A DNA stretch of 57,626 nucleotides from a virus (IMGVR_UViG_3300027021_000002:67572-125197); one strand, 5' to 3'. Shown: positions 17,852 to 27,884, numbered from the stretch's first letter. The notes: generated by a model from the letters alone, not told the origin. Numbers and translations are program-made.

Positions 17852-19776
17852 TTATCAACTTAAGTTATGACAAAGAATTTGAGGCATTGTGGAGCGACCT
17901 GGAAGACAAGTATCCGGTTAAGCTTTTTGAGATCGATGGGGTGGGGCGTAACCAATTAGATATGGCACGATCTAGCAAGGAGTACTTCAGTCGCAACAAG
18001 GACGTGATGGCTGATATCTCTGTGGATGCAAATGCAAACGTGTCTGATCGTAGCGTAGTGTCATATGACACGGAGATCCAGAAGCCATTTCAACGGCTGA
18101 ATAGTTATTACATGTTGTGGAAGTATGCTAGGCAATACTATGGGACAGAGTTTGCCAACATGATAGTAGAAGGACAACTAACCGGTGACTTCTATATTAA
18201 CGATTTCCATCACTTCTTTACGCGCCCGTACTGTTTTAATTATAGTACGTATGATGTGGCATTACAGGGGTTGCCCTATATAGACCGAATCAAATGCATT
18301 CCTCCGAAACATCTGCTTACCTTCAAACAACAGATGGAACAGTTTACCGTGTTCGCTTCTAATAATCAGTCAGGGGCGTCAGGTCAGGCGGATTTGTTGA
18401 TTATCATGAGTCACTATGTTGAAAAGGTATTGAGAGAGAGAAGTGATTTGGGGGTAAAGTTTAACTCCGAGGATGATGTGTGGCATTATGTTTCTGAATT
18501 ACTTACATCATATGTCTATACTGTTAATCAGCCATTTAGAAGTAATCAATCTGCATTTGTCAACATTTCCCTTTATGACAAGTATTTCCTAGATAAGTTA
18601 TGCCAGGATATTTATTTCGAAGATGGGACTAAACCCAATGTTGAGATTACACAAAGATTACAGAAAATTTATCTCGAAGTGATGAATCGAGAGTTAGAGC
18701 GTACACCAATTACCTTTCCTGTAACTACCGCGTGTTTTGTAACTAATGAAGATGGATCTGTAAAAGATACTGAGTTTAGAAAATTTATTGCTCAATATAA
18801 TCTTCGGTGGGGCTTTATCAATATTTTCACTGGGAGCAGCAGCACCTTATCGTCGTGCTGTAGGCTTAGACAGAATATGGAAGATATACAATATTTTAAT
18901 AGTTTTGGTGCGGGATCTACAAAGATCGGTAGTCTTGGTGTTGTTACTCTAAATATGGCACGCGCAGCTATTAAATCACGCAAAGATAAAGAAGAATTCC
19001 TGAAAGAAGTAGAACGACTAACTGAGATTGCGTGCAAAATTAATAACGTAAAGAAGCATATTTTAAAAAGACGAATTGACGATGGTTTTCTCCCACTGTA
19101 TACGCACAATTATATGGAACTATCCAAGCAATACCTAACCACCGGTGTCAATGGTCTAAATGAAGCTATTGCATTTATGGGTGAGGATATTCTTGATGAG
19201 CGTGGGCAAGAGTTACAGAAGGAGCTTATTAACAAAATCAATGAAACAAATGATTATTATAGCTCTCAATATAAGTCGCCTATCAATTGCGAACAAACTC
19301 CGTCAGAAAACAGTGCGGTAAAACTAGCCAATAAAGACCAATTGCTAAAATATCAAAATGAAATTGAATTGTATTCGAATCAGTTTATTCCGCTAACTAC
19401 AAAAGCTGATATGCTCGACCGCATTAGACTACAGGGAGTGTTTGACAACATGTTTTCTGGTGGTGCCATTTGCCACCTCAATGTCGAAGAACGTATTGAT
19501 GATCCGAAAATTATGGAGGATCTAATTGATGAGTGTGCCGAAAAGGGTGTTGTGTACTTCGCCATCAATTATAACCTCCAGGAGTGCGCTAACGGACACA
19601 TGGATGTGGGACATCGAGATCGTTGCGTGGTATGCGGAGCCGACATTGTAAACGATTATACCCGCGTGGTTGGATTCTTGACTAATACAAAACATTGGAA
19701 CAAAGTACGCAGGGAATATGATGAGCCATTCAGACAGTTTTATACGGTAGAGGGGGAGAGCCAAGATGTATCTTAA
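17848..19776 (+). CDS. nrdD: anaerobic ribonucleotide reductase (class III)
   Basis: SSCCRL finger, EQTPSE, glycyl loop YTRVVGFL. Confidence 0.93.
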   Translation: MIINLSYDKEFEALWSDLEDKYPVKLFEIDGVGRNQLDMARSSKEYFSRNKDVMADISVDANANVSDRSVVSYDTEIQKPFQRLNSYYMLWKYARQYYGTEFANMIVEGQLTGDFYINDFHHFFTRPYCFNYSTYDVALQGLPYIDRIKCIPPKHLLTFKQQMEQFTVFASNNQSGASGQADLLIIMSHYVEKVLRERSDLGVKFNSEDDVWHYVSELLTSYVYTVNQPFRSNQSAFVNISLYDKYFLDKLCQDIYFEDGTKPNVEITQRLQKIYLEVMNRELERTPITFPVTTACFVTNEDGSVKDTEFRKFIAQYNLRWGFINIFTGSSSTLSSCCRLRQNMEDIQYFNSFGAGSTKIGSLGVVTLNMARAAIKSRKDKEEFLKEVERLTEIACKINNVKKHILKRRIDDGFLPLYTHNYMELSKQYLTTGVNGLNEAIAFMGEDILDERGQELQKELINKINETNDYYSSQYKSPINCEQTPSENSAVKLANKDQLLKYQNEIELYSNQFIPLTTKADMLDRIRLQGVFDNMFSGGAICHLNVEERIDDPKIMEDLIDECAEKGVVYFAINYNLQECANGHMDVGHRDRCVVCGADIVNDYTRVVGFLTNTKHWNKVRREYDEPFRQFYTVEGESQDVS

Positions 19777-19921
19777 ACCAGAGGGCGATGAATATTGCCA
19801 ACAACATTGTAAATATTTTGGGAAAATCTATTGTGATATTGATGATCAAGACTTCAATGAGGTGTGTAATAACTGCCCGATAGATGATTTTATTGAATTT
19901 TGTGAGGGCAATGATATTTAA
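19766..19921 (+). CDS. small Cys-rich protein (51 aa)
   Basis: Hand translation MYLKPEGDEYCQQHCKY...CNNCPI; stop begins a palindrome. Confidence 0.55.
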   Translation: MYLKPEGDEYCQQHCKYFGKIYCDIDDQDFNEVCNNCPIDDFIEFCEGNDI

Positions 19922-19960
19922 AATGAATATTTTAATAAAGAAGTAAAGAAGGAGTAAAGT

Positions 19961-20212
19961 ATGAAAAAGACTGTAATTAAAATTGTTGGAAAACAAGCAT
20001 CACCAGATCAAACCAACGAAATAGAAGATGAAATACTCTGTAAACTAAAAGACAAGTTTCAGCTTGGGATCGGAGAAACTATTATTTATGTAAATCAAAA
20101 TTCTGAAACTTGCTGTGTTCTTGACGGAGAATATGATGAGGCATTTCCCCACTATGAAACTATCGCAATGAAGAGATTTGTCGAAAACACCATTAAGCTT
20201 GGAAAACGTTGA
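19961..20212 (+). CDS. hypothetical protein
   Basis: AAGGAG SD. Confidence 0.6.
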   Translation: MKKTVIKIVGKQASPDQTNEIEDEILCKLKDKFQLGIGETIIYVNQNSETCCVLDGEYDEAFPHYETIAMKRFVENTIKLGKR

Positions 20213-20688
20213 TGAACATCCTATCTATCCAACACTCCCTAAAACACAAAGCATTAGAAATCTACGTAGCGGGTTGTGCCGGTGATCCTCATTGCGAGGG
20301 TTGCCACAACCCCGAATCGTGGGATTTTAACAAAGGAGTAGCGTGGCGAGACTGTCTTGATGAAATCCGGGACAAGTGTAAACGCCACCCCCGTCTAATT
20401 AAAAATATTTGGATATTAGGCGGGGAACCCCTTGATCAAGATATAGCAGAGCTGACTCATATGCTGTCATGGCTAAGTTACACGCTAAGACTTCCTATAT
20501 GGCTATTTACACGATACGAATTGAACGAGATCCCATCAGTAGTTGCAGAGCATTGTGACTTTATCAAATGTGGGCGATATATACCAGAACAAGCCACACA
20601 GAGCTATGAGCAGTATGGAGTACAACTGGCTTCAGCTAATCAAAAGATATACGACGTAAGAACATCAAGTATGAGTTTTTGGAGGTAA
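20209..20688 (+). CDS. nrdG: anaerobic RNR activating radical-SAM protein
   Basis: C...HCEGCHNP, LGGEPL, SANQKI. Confidence 0.9.
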   Translation: MMNILSIQHSLKHKALEIYVAGCAGDPHCEGCHNPESWDFNKGVAWRDCLDEIRDKCKRHPRLIKNIWILGGEPLDQDIAELTHMLSWLSYTLRLPIWLFTRYELNEIPSVVAEHCDFIKCGRYIPEQATQSYEQYGVQLASANQKIYDVRTSSMSFWR

Positions 20689-20689
20689 T

Positions 20690-21184
20690 ATGAAAGTTTA
20701 TGTAGAGCGGTTAAGAGACGACATAGAATTGCCGGAGTACAAAAATATCGGTGACGCCGGTATGGACGTAAGAGCGGCAGAGGATATGATAATTCGACCT
20801 GGAGAAACATTGGTAGTTCCAACTGGTATAGCCGTTGCTGTTCCTGTTGGTTACGAATTACAGGTACGACCACGAAGTGGAATGAGTTGCAAAACACCGT
20901 TACGAATTGCCAACTCGCCCGGAACAATTGATTCTGGATATCGTGATGAAATAGGAATTATCATTTCGTATGAGGCAACTTTGGATAGGCATTGGCGACA
21001 AGTATTCGATTTGGGTATGGTTGGTAGTATTCCAAATTGTAGTACCTATAAAATTTGTAAGGGAGACCGTATTGCTCAACTCGTGCTGAAGCAAGTAGAA
21101 AAAATCGAATGGGAAGAAGTAGACGATATTACTGCCATCGAAGGTGATCGTGGTGGTGGATTCGGGAGTACGGGAACGAAATGA
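20690..21184 (+). CDS. dut: trimeric dUTPase
   Basis: AGMDV, RPRSG, GTIDSGYR, RIAQ, RGGGFGSTG. Confidence 0.95.
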   Translation: MKVYVERLRDDIELPEYKNIGDAGMDVRAAEDMIIRPGETLVVPTGIAVAVPVGYELQVRPRSGMSCKTPLRIANSPGTIDSGYRDEIGIIISYEATLDRHWRQVFDLGMVGSIPNCSTYKICKGDRIAQLVLKQVEKIEWEEVDDITAIEGDRGGGFGSTGTK

Positions 21185-21335
21185 CAACAGAAAAGTATAT
21201 CAAATATTACAGAGAGCATCCAGAAGCATTCTGCGAAAAATGTATGGGCATCTACATTGGTATCAAAAAATATACCTTAAGGCATTGTTTAAATGCAAGA
21301 AAATATTTTGGCTCAAATCGTTTCGTAGATATTAA
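21181..21335 (+). CDS. small hypothetical protein (start and frame uncertain)
   Basis: Track ORF 21144..21335 (..HLHWYQKIYL..) ends at a palindrome; an ATGA overlap at 21181 is out of frame with it. Confidence 0.3.
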
Positions 21336-21361
21336 AATGGTGTTTTCATTTAAGGAGTAAA

Positions 21362-22210
21362 ATGATAGATATTAACAAAGTGTATAATACGGAATGCCTT
21401 CAGGGAATGGCTCAGATAGATGATGGGTCAATAGATATGGTTCTCTGCGATTTGCCTTACGGTCTTACGGCACGAAACAAATGGGATGAAGTGATTCCTT
21501 TTGATTTATTGTGGGGACAATACGAAAGAATTATCAAAGATAATGGAGCTATCGTGTTAACGGGGAAGCAACCGTTTACATCCATGATGATAGTAAGTAA
21601 CCCCAAGATGTATAGATATAACTTGGTGTGGAGAAAGAATCTAAAAACAGGTAATCTTAATGCTCGTAAAATGCCGATGGGTGCATATGAAGACATTATG
21701 GTATTCTATAAAAAGCCTCCGACATATAACCCACAGCGCATACCGCGCACATATCAAATTCCTGCTGGCAATAAGTTTAATTCTCAAACAACAAATTATG
21801 GAGCACAGCGTAAAGAATATCTTGATCGTCAAAGCGATTGGTTAATGCCGGATGATGTAATAGATTATGAAGACGGGTACTCCCTTGATTCCTTAGAATT
21901 AGAAAGTGAGATGCTGTATATCAAATGTGTTCATAATTCTAGTGGTAAGATCCATCCGACCCAAAAACCAGTCGAATTATTTGAATGGTTAATTAGGACT
22001 TATACAAACGAAGGTGATCTTGTATTAGATAATTGTATAGGAGCTGGGACTACCGCCATTGCATGTTTGAATACCAATCGTGACTTTATCGGTATGGATA
22101 ATGGCAAGTGTGAAAAGAAGAAGAGCAAGTACTACGGATGGTGCTGGGCAGATGTAGTACAAGATAGGATTAATAATCATGTTGAACATAGAAAAGTGTC
22201 GGGGAGTTAA
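21362..22210 (+). CDS. DNA N6/N4 methyltransferase (beta class)
   Basis: DLPY precedes HPTQKP and VLDNCIGAGTT. Confidence 0.9.
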   Translation: MIDINKVYNTECLQGMAQIDDGSIDMVLCDLPYGLTARNKWDEVIPFDLLWGQYERIIKDNGAIVLTGKQPFTSMMIVSNPKMYRYNLVWRKNLKTGNLNARKMPMGAYEDIMVFYKKPPTYNPQRIPRTYQIPAGNKFNSQTTNYGAQRKEYLDRQSDWLMPDDVIDYEDGYSLDSLELESEMLYIKCVHNSSGKIHPTQKPVELFEWLIRTYTNEGDLVLDNCIGAGTTAIACLNTNRDFIGMDNGKCEKKKSKYYGWCWADVVQDRINNHVEHRKVSGS

Positions 22211-22345
22211 CTGCCCCATTCGTGATCAGTGTTTTCGCTACGTAGCACCCGTGGACCCCGATTGGCAAGATTGGGGTCAATTCGTGTATGACGACGTATT
22301 GCAAAAATGCGTAGATTTCTGGAAAGTATAAAGGAGGAAAATTAA

Positions 22346-22630
22346 ATGGGTTACAATCTAACTAAGGAAGAAAGAGAAACTATTATTATTTTCGACGAAG
22401 CTTCAGACACGGCGATATTGGACACGTCCAGCTTGCCGATGATGCGCAAAATGGGGAAGTTGTGTGATGAATTACCCGACGTATACAAAGTAGTAAGAAC
22501 CGATAGCCATGGAGCTAAGTATGAGTTTCCGAAGAGTCTTATTTCAATTCGTCGCCCTCGTATACTTACAGAGACGCAAAAAAGAGCAGTAGCAGAACGT
22601 TTAGCAAAAGGACGAAAAAAAACACAGTAA
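22346..22630 (+). CDS. hypothetical phage protein
   Basis: Strong SD; ERETII...YEFPK...basic tail. Confidence 0.7.
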   Translation: MGYNLTKEERETIIIFDEASDTAILDTSSLPMMRKMGKLCDELPDVYKVVRTDSHGAKYEFPKSLISIRRPRILTETQKRAVAERLAKGRKKTQ

Positions 22631-22646
22631 AAGTTTAATTATTTAC

Positions 22647-22675
22647 TTGACAACGTATTATAGTATGTGTATAAT
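22647..22675 (+). promoter_or_regulatory. consensus sigma-A promoter flanked by two ACAGTAA motifs
   Basis: TTGACA-17-TATAAT; motifs at 22624 and 22682. Confidence 0.85.
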
Positions 22676-22719
22676 GGAAACACAGTAAGGGATTAATTAT
22701 TTTGCACGGGGGTAAACGT

Positions 22720-23277
22720 ATGAAAATAGACTATTTGATCTTTGACTTCGATGGAACAATTGTAGATACTATAGAAGCATTCTGTAAGACATATAACCAA
22801 ATATTTTGTGGACAAGAATGTTTTGCTGCGGCAGATCCTACACAAGTTTATGATTATGGATTCAGGGATCAGTGCCCCCTTATTAATGATGTTCAGGATA
22901 TATTTGCATCACAATTGTTCTTTGATAATTTAAAACCAATGCGTGGAGCTTTACGAGTGTTAAAAGAACTTAGTGATATGTTTCCTATTATGATTTGCAC
23001 AAAAGGACATAATCTTAATATATCACAAAAAGCTAAGTATATAGAAGAGAATCTTGATTTCGTCAAGGATATAATTTATACAAATACAGAAGATAAACGA
23101 ATTATTAATATGGAAAATTGTGTTTTTGTTGATGATCATATAGATAATCTAAGAACATCAAATGCTACTATTCCAATTGCATATGGAGATCTGTATCCAT
23201 GGAATAGAGAATGGACCGGATTAAGAATACCAGACTGGGCAGTTGTTAAGCCCGTTATAAAAGAGCTAATACAGTAA
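22720..23277 (+). CDS. HAD 5'(3')-deoxyribonucleotidase
   Basis: DFDGTIVD, FVDD..DNL, YPWN. Confidence 0.85.
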   Translation: MKIDYLIFDFDGTIVDTIEAFCKTYNQIFCGQECFAAADPTQVYDYGFRDQCPLINDVQDIFASQLFFDNLKPMRGALRVLKELSDMFPIMICTKGHNLNISQKAKYIEENLDFVKDIIYTNTEDKRIINMENCVFVDDHIDNLRTSNATIPIAYGDLYPWNREWTGLRIPDWAVVKPVIKELIQ

Positions 23278-23300
23278 GAAATTAATAAACGGAGGGAAAG

Positions 23301-24005
23301 ATGAAAAAGATAATCGTAGTATTTATTGTCTTTATTGCAATACTAACCTCATTTAATATAAACGCTTTCGCGTCAGAGGACAATACTCCAGAACAGTTCT
23401 TTGAAAAGATGCTACCTTTGGCACTATATTATCAGAAAACAGAAGGAGTTTTAGTATCACTTAATTTAGGACAGTCTGCGCTAGAAACTGGATACGGAGA
23501 ACACCTAAATGATGGCAACAACTATTACGGATATACCTATTCATATAACGGTAAAGCATACTATAAAAGCTATGATTCTATGGCAGAGAGTATGGCTGAT
23601 TATGTACAGAACTTTTCAAAGTCGCGCTATGACCGTGTTAGGCTTGCTGATAACTATAAGGATGCATGTTATGCAGTAAAGGCATGTGGATATGCCGCAG
23701 ATGAAGATTACGCAGGTAAGGTCATCTCTATAATCGAGAAGTATGAGTTGTATAAGTATGACCAATACGAACCTCCCATATTTACCTGTTCTCGTGGAGA
23801 TCGTGGTGTGCGTGTTGAGATGGTACAAGAAATGCTCCTTCAGCTTGGATACGACTTGGACAAGTATGGGGTAGACGGGAAATATGGAGACGTGACCCGT
23901 AACGCAGTGCGTATATTCCAGCGTGATCACAATCTATTTGTAGACGGTGAGGTAAATACAGAGACAATGGAATTGTTGGCGTACCTAACGAAAGATGTTG
24001 CTTAG
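23301..24005 (+). CDS. secreted GH73 glucosaminidase with PG-binding domain
   Basis: Signal peptide (..AFA), QSALETGYG, NNYYG, GYAAD..Y, C-terminal DGKYG..T..AVRIFQ. Confidence 0.85.
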   Translation: MKKIIVVFIVFIAILTSFNINAFASEDNTPEQFFEKMLPLALYYQKTEGVLVSLNLGQSALETGYGEHLNDGNNYYGYTYSYNGKAYYKSYDSMAESMADYVQNFSKSRYDRVRLADNYKDACYAVKACGYAADEDYAGKVISIIEKYELYKYDQYEPPIFTCSRGDRGVRVEMVQEMLLQLGYDLDKYGVDGKYGDVTRNAVRIFQRDHNLFVDGEVNTETMELLAYLTKDVA

Positions 24006-24034
24006 ATAAAAGAGGTATTTTAAGTAAGGTATAT

Positions 24035-24110
24035 AGGGGAATAGCTCAATTGGCAGAGCGCGTGTGCTGGGAACACGAGTGTGTGGGTTCAAGTCCTACT
24101 TCCCCTACCA
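24035..24110 (+). tRNA. tRNA-Pro (TGG), atypical
   Basis: AGGGGAA/TTCCCCT, D and T arms, CCA; anticodon loop GCTGGGA. Confidence 0.8.
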
Positions 24111-24130
24111 AATAGAAAGGAGGACGGTAT

Positions 24131-26176
24131 ATGGAGTTTAAAGAGTTTAAAGTCTTATTTCAGAAACATTTTGCAGAGATGACGCAGGACGCGACACATT
24201 TATTCGAAATAGATCTGAATAAAGACGAAATGTGGGATCTATATCTTGATAGCTTTCCCGCAGGGACAAATGAAGTCTATCGGGAGAGGAGGGAATTCGA
24301 CTGTAGTTGTTGCCGACATTTCGTTAAGAATATTGGTAACGCGGTAGTAATCAAACATAATATCGTAGAGACAATTTGGGACTTTGAAACTGGCGATGAT
24401 AAATTTCAGCCCGTTATCAATGCGTTGTCTGCTTATGTGAGGTCTAATCTCGTTACAGACATCTTTGTAAGCAAAGATAAAGGTGTTGGAACAGATAAGA
24501 ACTTTGAACGTGCTGAAAACGGTGAGATTACGGAATGGCAACATTTCTATCTGGAGTTACCGGACAGATTTATTGATCGTAGTGGTAGATCTATCGGAGA
24601 TATTAAGGGATCTTTCCGTGATACGCGCAATGTTTTCAAGCGGTCTTTGGATGAAATTACAGAAGAAAGCTTGCTTACCATCCTGGAGCTGATTGCTCAA
24701 AATTCACTGTATAAAGGTGAGGAGTGGAAGGGTGTACTTACCGAATTCCTGAAACACAAGAGGGAATACGATAGGCTTCAAACAGATGCAGAGAAAGAGA
24801 ATTATACGTGGGAGCAGTCTGTTAAGGTTGGTGGTGCTATTGGTCGTATTAGAAACCACAGCATTGGTACATTGCTAATCAACGTAAGTGAAGATATGGA
24901 TCTTGATGAGGCGGTAAGGAAGTACGAAGTTATTGTTGCTCCTTCTAATTACAAACGTCCAAAGGCTATCTTCACCAAGAAAATGCTTGAAGAAGCTAAG
25001 AAAACCGTTGAAGAGCTTGGTTTTATGGACTCTCTAAGTCGTAGGTATGCAAAGCTTGACGACATTACCGTTAACAACATTTTGTTCGCGAATAGAGACG
25101 CAGCAAAACGTGTGGTCGGTGCTGATATATTCGAGGAAATGTCAAGTGATATTGCCATCGATCCGAAGAGATTTTCTCGGACCGAAGAAATTACCATTGA
25201 TAACTTCCTTGAAAATATCCTACCAACAGCTAAAGAACTAGAAGTGTTCCTTGAAAATAAACATTCTGGTAATATGGTTTCGCTTATTGCTCCAGAAAAC
25301 AAGGGTGCGAAAACCATGTTCAAGTGGAATAACGGATTTAGTTGGGCGTATGCCGGGAATATCACTGACAGTTCTATGAAAGAAAACGTAAAGTCTGCTG
25401 GTGGTAATGTTGATGGTGTATTGCGGTTCTCGATACAATGGAATGACGGAGATTATAATCCTAATGATTTTGACGCTCATTGTGTCGAGCCTCATGGCAA
25501 CCATATTTATTATGCACATAAAAATAACCGCAACACAACCGGACAACTTGATGTTGACATACAGCGTCCCTCTCAGAATCAAACAGCCGTTGAGAATATT
25601 ACATGGACAAACCGAAATCTGATGGAAAATGGTGTGTACAGATTTTATGTCCGTAACTTCGCTCATCGTGGTGGACGCAGTGGTTTCAAAGCTGAAATTG
25701 AGTTTGATGGGCAAATATTCTCTTTTGAGTACAACAAAGAGCTAAGAGAAAATGAAGATGTGCAAGTCGCAGAAGTTACATTTGATCGTAATGCCGGATT
25801 TACCATCAAAGAAAAACTCCCGTCCAATGTATCTTCCAAAGAGGTATGGGGGCTGAATACCAACCAATTTATCCCGGTGTCGGTCGTTATGTATTCACCT
25901 AACTATTGGGATGAGCAGGACAACATTGGACATCGCCACTACTTCTTTATGCTAAAGGATTGCGTGAATCCAGAGGTTCCCAATGGATTCTTCAACGAGT
26001 ATTTGAAGGAAGATCTCATGCAGCATAAGCGAGTATTCGAGGCATTGGGTTCCAAGATGCGTGTTCAAGATACAGATGATCAGTTATCTGGGCTTGGTTT
26101 CTCAGCGACTCGTAGGAATGAGTTGTTGGTTAAGGTTAAAGGTCAAACAGACCGTGTTTTAAAGATAAAGTTTTAG
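24131..26176 (+). CDS. large phage protein of unknown function
   Basis: 681 aa; CSCCRHF near the N-terminus; YfaP/DUF2135-like DFDAH..LDVD..AVENI. Confidence 0.75.
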   Translation: MEFKEFKVLFQKHFAEMTQDATHLFEIDLNKDEMWDLYLDSFPAGTNEVYRERREFDCSCCRHFVKNIGNAVVIKHNIVETIWDFETGDDKFQPVINALSAYVRSNLVTDIFVSKDKGVGTDKNFERAENGEITEWQHFYLELPDRFIDRSGRSIGDIKGSFRDTRNVFKRSLDEITEESLLTILELIAQNSLYKGEEWKGVLTEFLKHKREYDRLQTDAEKENYTWEQSVKVGGAIGRIRNHSIGTLLINVSEDMDLDEAVRKYEVIVAPSNYKRPKAIFTKKMLEEAKKTVEELGFMDSLSRRYAKLDDITVNNILFANRDAAKRVVGADIFEEMSSDIAIDPKRFSRTEEITIDNFLENILPTAKELEVFLENKHSGNMVSLIAPENKGAKTMFKWNNGFSWAYAGNITDSSMKENVKSAGGNVDGVLRFSIQWNDGDYNPNDFDAHCVEPHGNHIYYAHKNNRNTTGQLDVDIQRPSQNQTAVENITWTNRNLMENGVYRFYVRNFAHRGGRSGFKAEIEFDGQIFSFEYNKELRENEDVQVAEVTFDRNAGFTIKEKLPSNVSSKEVWGLNTNQFIPVSVVMYSPNYWDEQDNIGHRHYFFMLKDCVNPEVPNGFFNEYLKEDLMQHKRVFEALGSKMRVQDTDDQLSGLGFSATRRNELLVKVKGQTDRVLKIKF

Positions 26177-26191
26177 AAAGGAGAAAAGAAA

Positions 26192-26578
26192 ATGAGTGAA
26201 ATGAACATGTTTGAGGTTGCTACTAGGACAAAGATGCGCTTCCCTTTTCGGGGACAAGTATCTGTGGAGGATTTGTGGGATCTGGGAGTTGAAGAACTTG
26301 ACTCCATCTTTAAGGCTTTGAACGCAGAACTGAAGCAGACCCAAGAGGAGAGTCTTCTTAACACGCGCACCAAACGCGATAAGGAACTTGATATTCAGAT
26401 CGACATCGTTAAGTATATCGTCCAGGTTAAGCAGGAAGAGGACGCTGCGCGTCGTGATGCCAAGAAACGTCGTGAGCAGAAGCAGAGAATTATGGAGCTT
26501 ATGGCTGATAAGCAGGATGAAGCGTTGCGCAGAAAGTCTCTTGATGAGCTTCAGTCTATGTTGGACGATCTCGACTAA
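26192..26578 (+). CDS. coiled-coil phage protein, probable partner of the upstream gene
   Basis: MFEVATRTKMRFP..SVEDLWDL; strong SD. Confidence 0.75.
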   Translation: MSEMNMFEVATRTKMRFPFRGQVSVEDLWDLGVEELDSIFKALNAELKQTQEESLLNTRTKRDKELDIQIDIVKYIVQVKQEEDAARRDAKKRREQKQRIMELMADKQDEALRRKSLDELQSMLDDLD

Positions 26579-26585
26579 GAGGCAT

Positions 26586-26606
26586 GAGGGGAGCAACCCT
26601 CCCCTC
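26586..26606 (+). terminator. GC hairpin, probable terminator
   Basis: GAGGGGAG-CAACC-CTCCCCTC; weak U tract. Confidence 0.5.
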
Positions 26607-26637
26607 TATTCTCCTTATTGAAAGGAATATTTTAATT

Positions 26638-27192
26638 ATGATACACGACGGGAAGGAATACGTAGAGGTTGAATTCTATGGTGGACAAACCATTGAACAA
26701 GCTGTAAGGTGGTTACTTGAATATAAAGAAAAGGGCGTTTTGGCCTGTGGGGTGTTTAATACTGTAACTCTGTATTCCGACACGGTGACACTTGACTCTG
26801 CTTACAAAGAAATTACAGGTAAGTCAAAAGTAGAAGTTGACGCAGATCATCGCCGTTGGATAGAAGATGCAAAAAGGGCAGAAGAAGAACATAAAAAAGC
26901 TATTCCAGCATTGACAAAAATATGGAGACATAAGGGTAGAGAAGTTTTGGCAGAAGATAAATGGGATAAGTGGGATGAAATTGTTCCCATTCGATTAAAC
27001 GATTTGTACCATGGAATGGAGCTTGGAAATTGCCTTGATGTAGTAAAAATATTGAACAACGGAGGATCTTTTGACGAGGCTGAAGAGACACTTGCTAATC
27101 AGGGACATTCCGGCATGTCGTATAGCTTAGTATGTTCAATGGTAATGGAGTTTTGTGACAGAGGGAAAGATTTTTTCGAATACGTTAATTAG
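26638..27192 (+). CDS. hypothetical phage protein
   Basis: ATG 26638 right after a palindrome; QGHSGMS motif. Confidence 0.7.
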   Translation: MIHDGKEYVEVEFYGGQTIEQAVRWLLEYKEKGVLACGVFNTVTLYSDTVTLDSAYKEITGKSKVEVDADHRRWIEDAKRAEEEHKKAIPALTKIWRHKGREVLAEDKWDKWDEIVPIRLNDLYHGMELGNCLDVVKILNNGGSFDEAEETLANQGHSGMSYSLVCSMVMEFCDRGKDFFEYVN

Positions 27193-27226
27193 ATAAAACA
27201 ATTATTTTAAGTAAGGAGATTCGTTT

Positions 27227-27409
27227 ATGCAAATATGTCCAGAATGCCGTGGTGCGAAAAGGGTAATTTGTTTCGGGAAAGAAACCACGTGTGCGTCATG
27301 TAGTGGCACGGGTGAAGTACCAGATGGGTTTGATCCAATCAAGGCCAGTATCTACCATGAAGTAAATAGGCGTATGAGGCTAGAGAGCGAAGGGCTGTGG
27401 GATAGGTAA
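27227..27409 (+). CDS. DnaJ-type zinc-finger protein
   Basis: CPECRG, CASCSGTG. Confidence 0.65.
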   Translation: MQICPECRGAKRVICFGKETTCASCSGTGEVPDGFDPIKASIYHEVNRRMRLESEGLWDR

Positions 27410-27410
27410 T

Positions 27411-27626
27411 ATGAAAGCAATCACAATCGAAGAAGCAACCACAAACTTTAAATATAAGCAAGAGCACCGCCGCGCCTTTCAGAATCTATTCTATCAGAGG
27501 TTAGATGGTGGCGTGATTCCGAAGATGGATCTCGACGCGCTCATGGAGGGGCAAAAAGAGGATAAATCATTGTATGCGCTGGCGTGCAAAAACTTGATCA
27601 AAAAGTATAAAGAATTAAACAATTAA
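27411..27626 (+). CDS. hypothetical protein
   Basis: 71-aa ORF within the operon. Confidence 0.6.
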   Translation: MKAITIEEATTNFKYKQEHRRAFQNLFYQRLDGGVIPKMDLDALMEGQKEDKSLYALACKNLIKKYKELNN

Positions 27627-27647
27627 ATTTATAAATTGGAGTAGTTT

Positions 27648-27878
27648 ATGAAAAGTAATATGCAGGGAGCCACCGAAGAGTATCGTCATATGTACGAAGC
27701 ACTTAATGAATTTGATAAGTATTTATTTAGTATCGGATGGGGACTTGACGACGCTCCATATCATGGATGGCATGGTGATCCGCTAAAAAATGAATGTGAG
27801 ATATATAAAAATATATCACAAAAATATGAAGAGTTAAAAATTGTTTTAGAAGAAGCATTAGATATAACGGGGAAGTAA
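27648..27878 (+). CDS. hypothetical protein
   Basis: GGAG SD. Confidence 0.6.
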   Translation: MKSNMQGATEEYRHMYEALNEFDKYLFSIGWGLDDAPYHGWHGDPLKNECEIYKNISQKYEELKIVLEEALDITGK

Positions 27879-27884
27879 TTTAGT

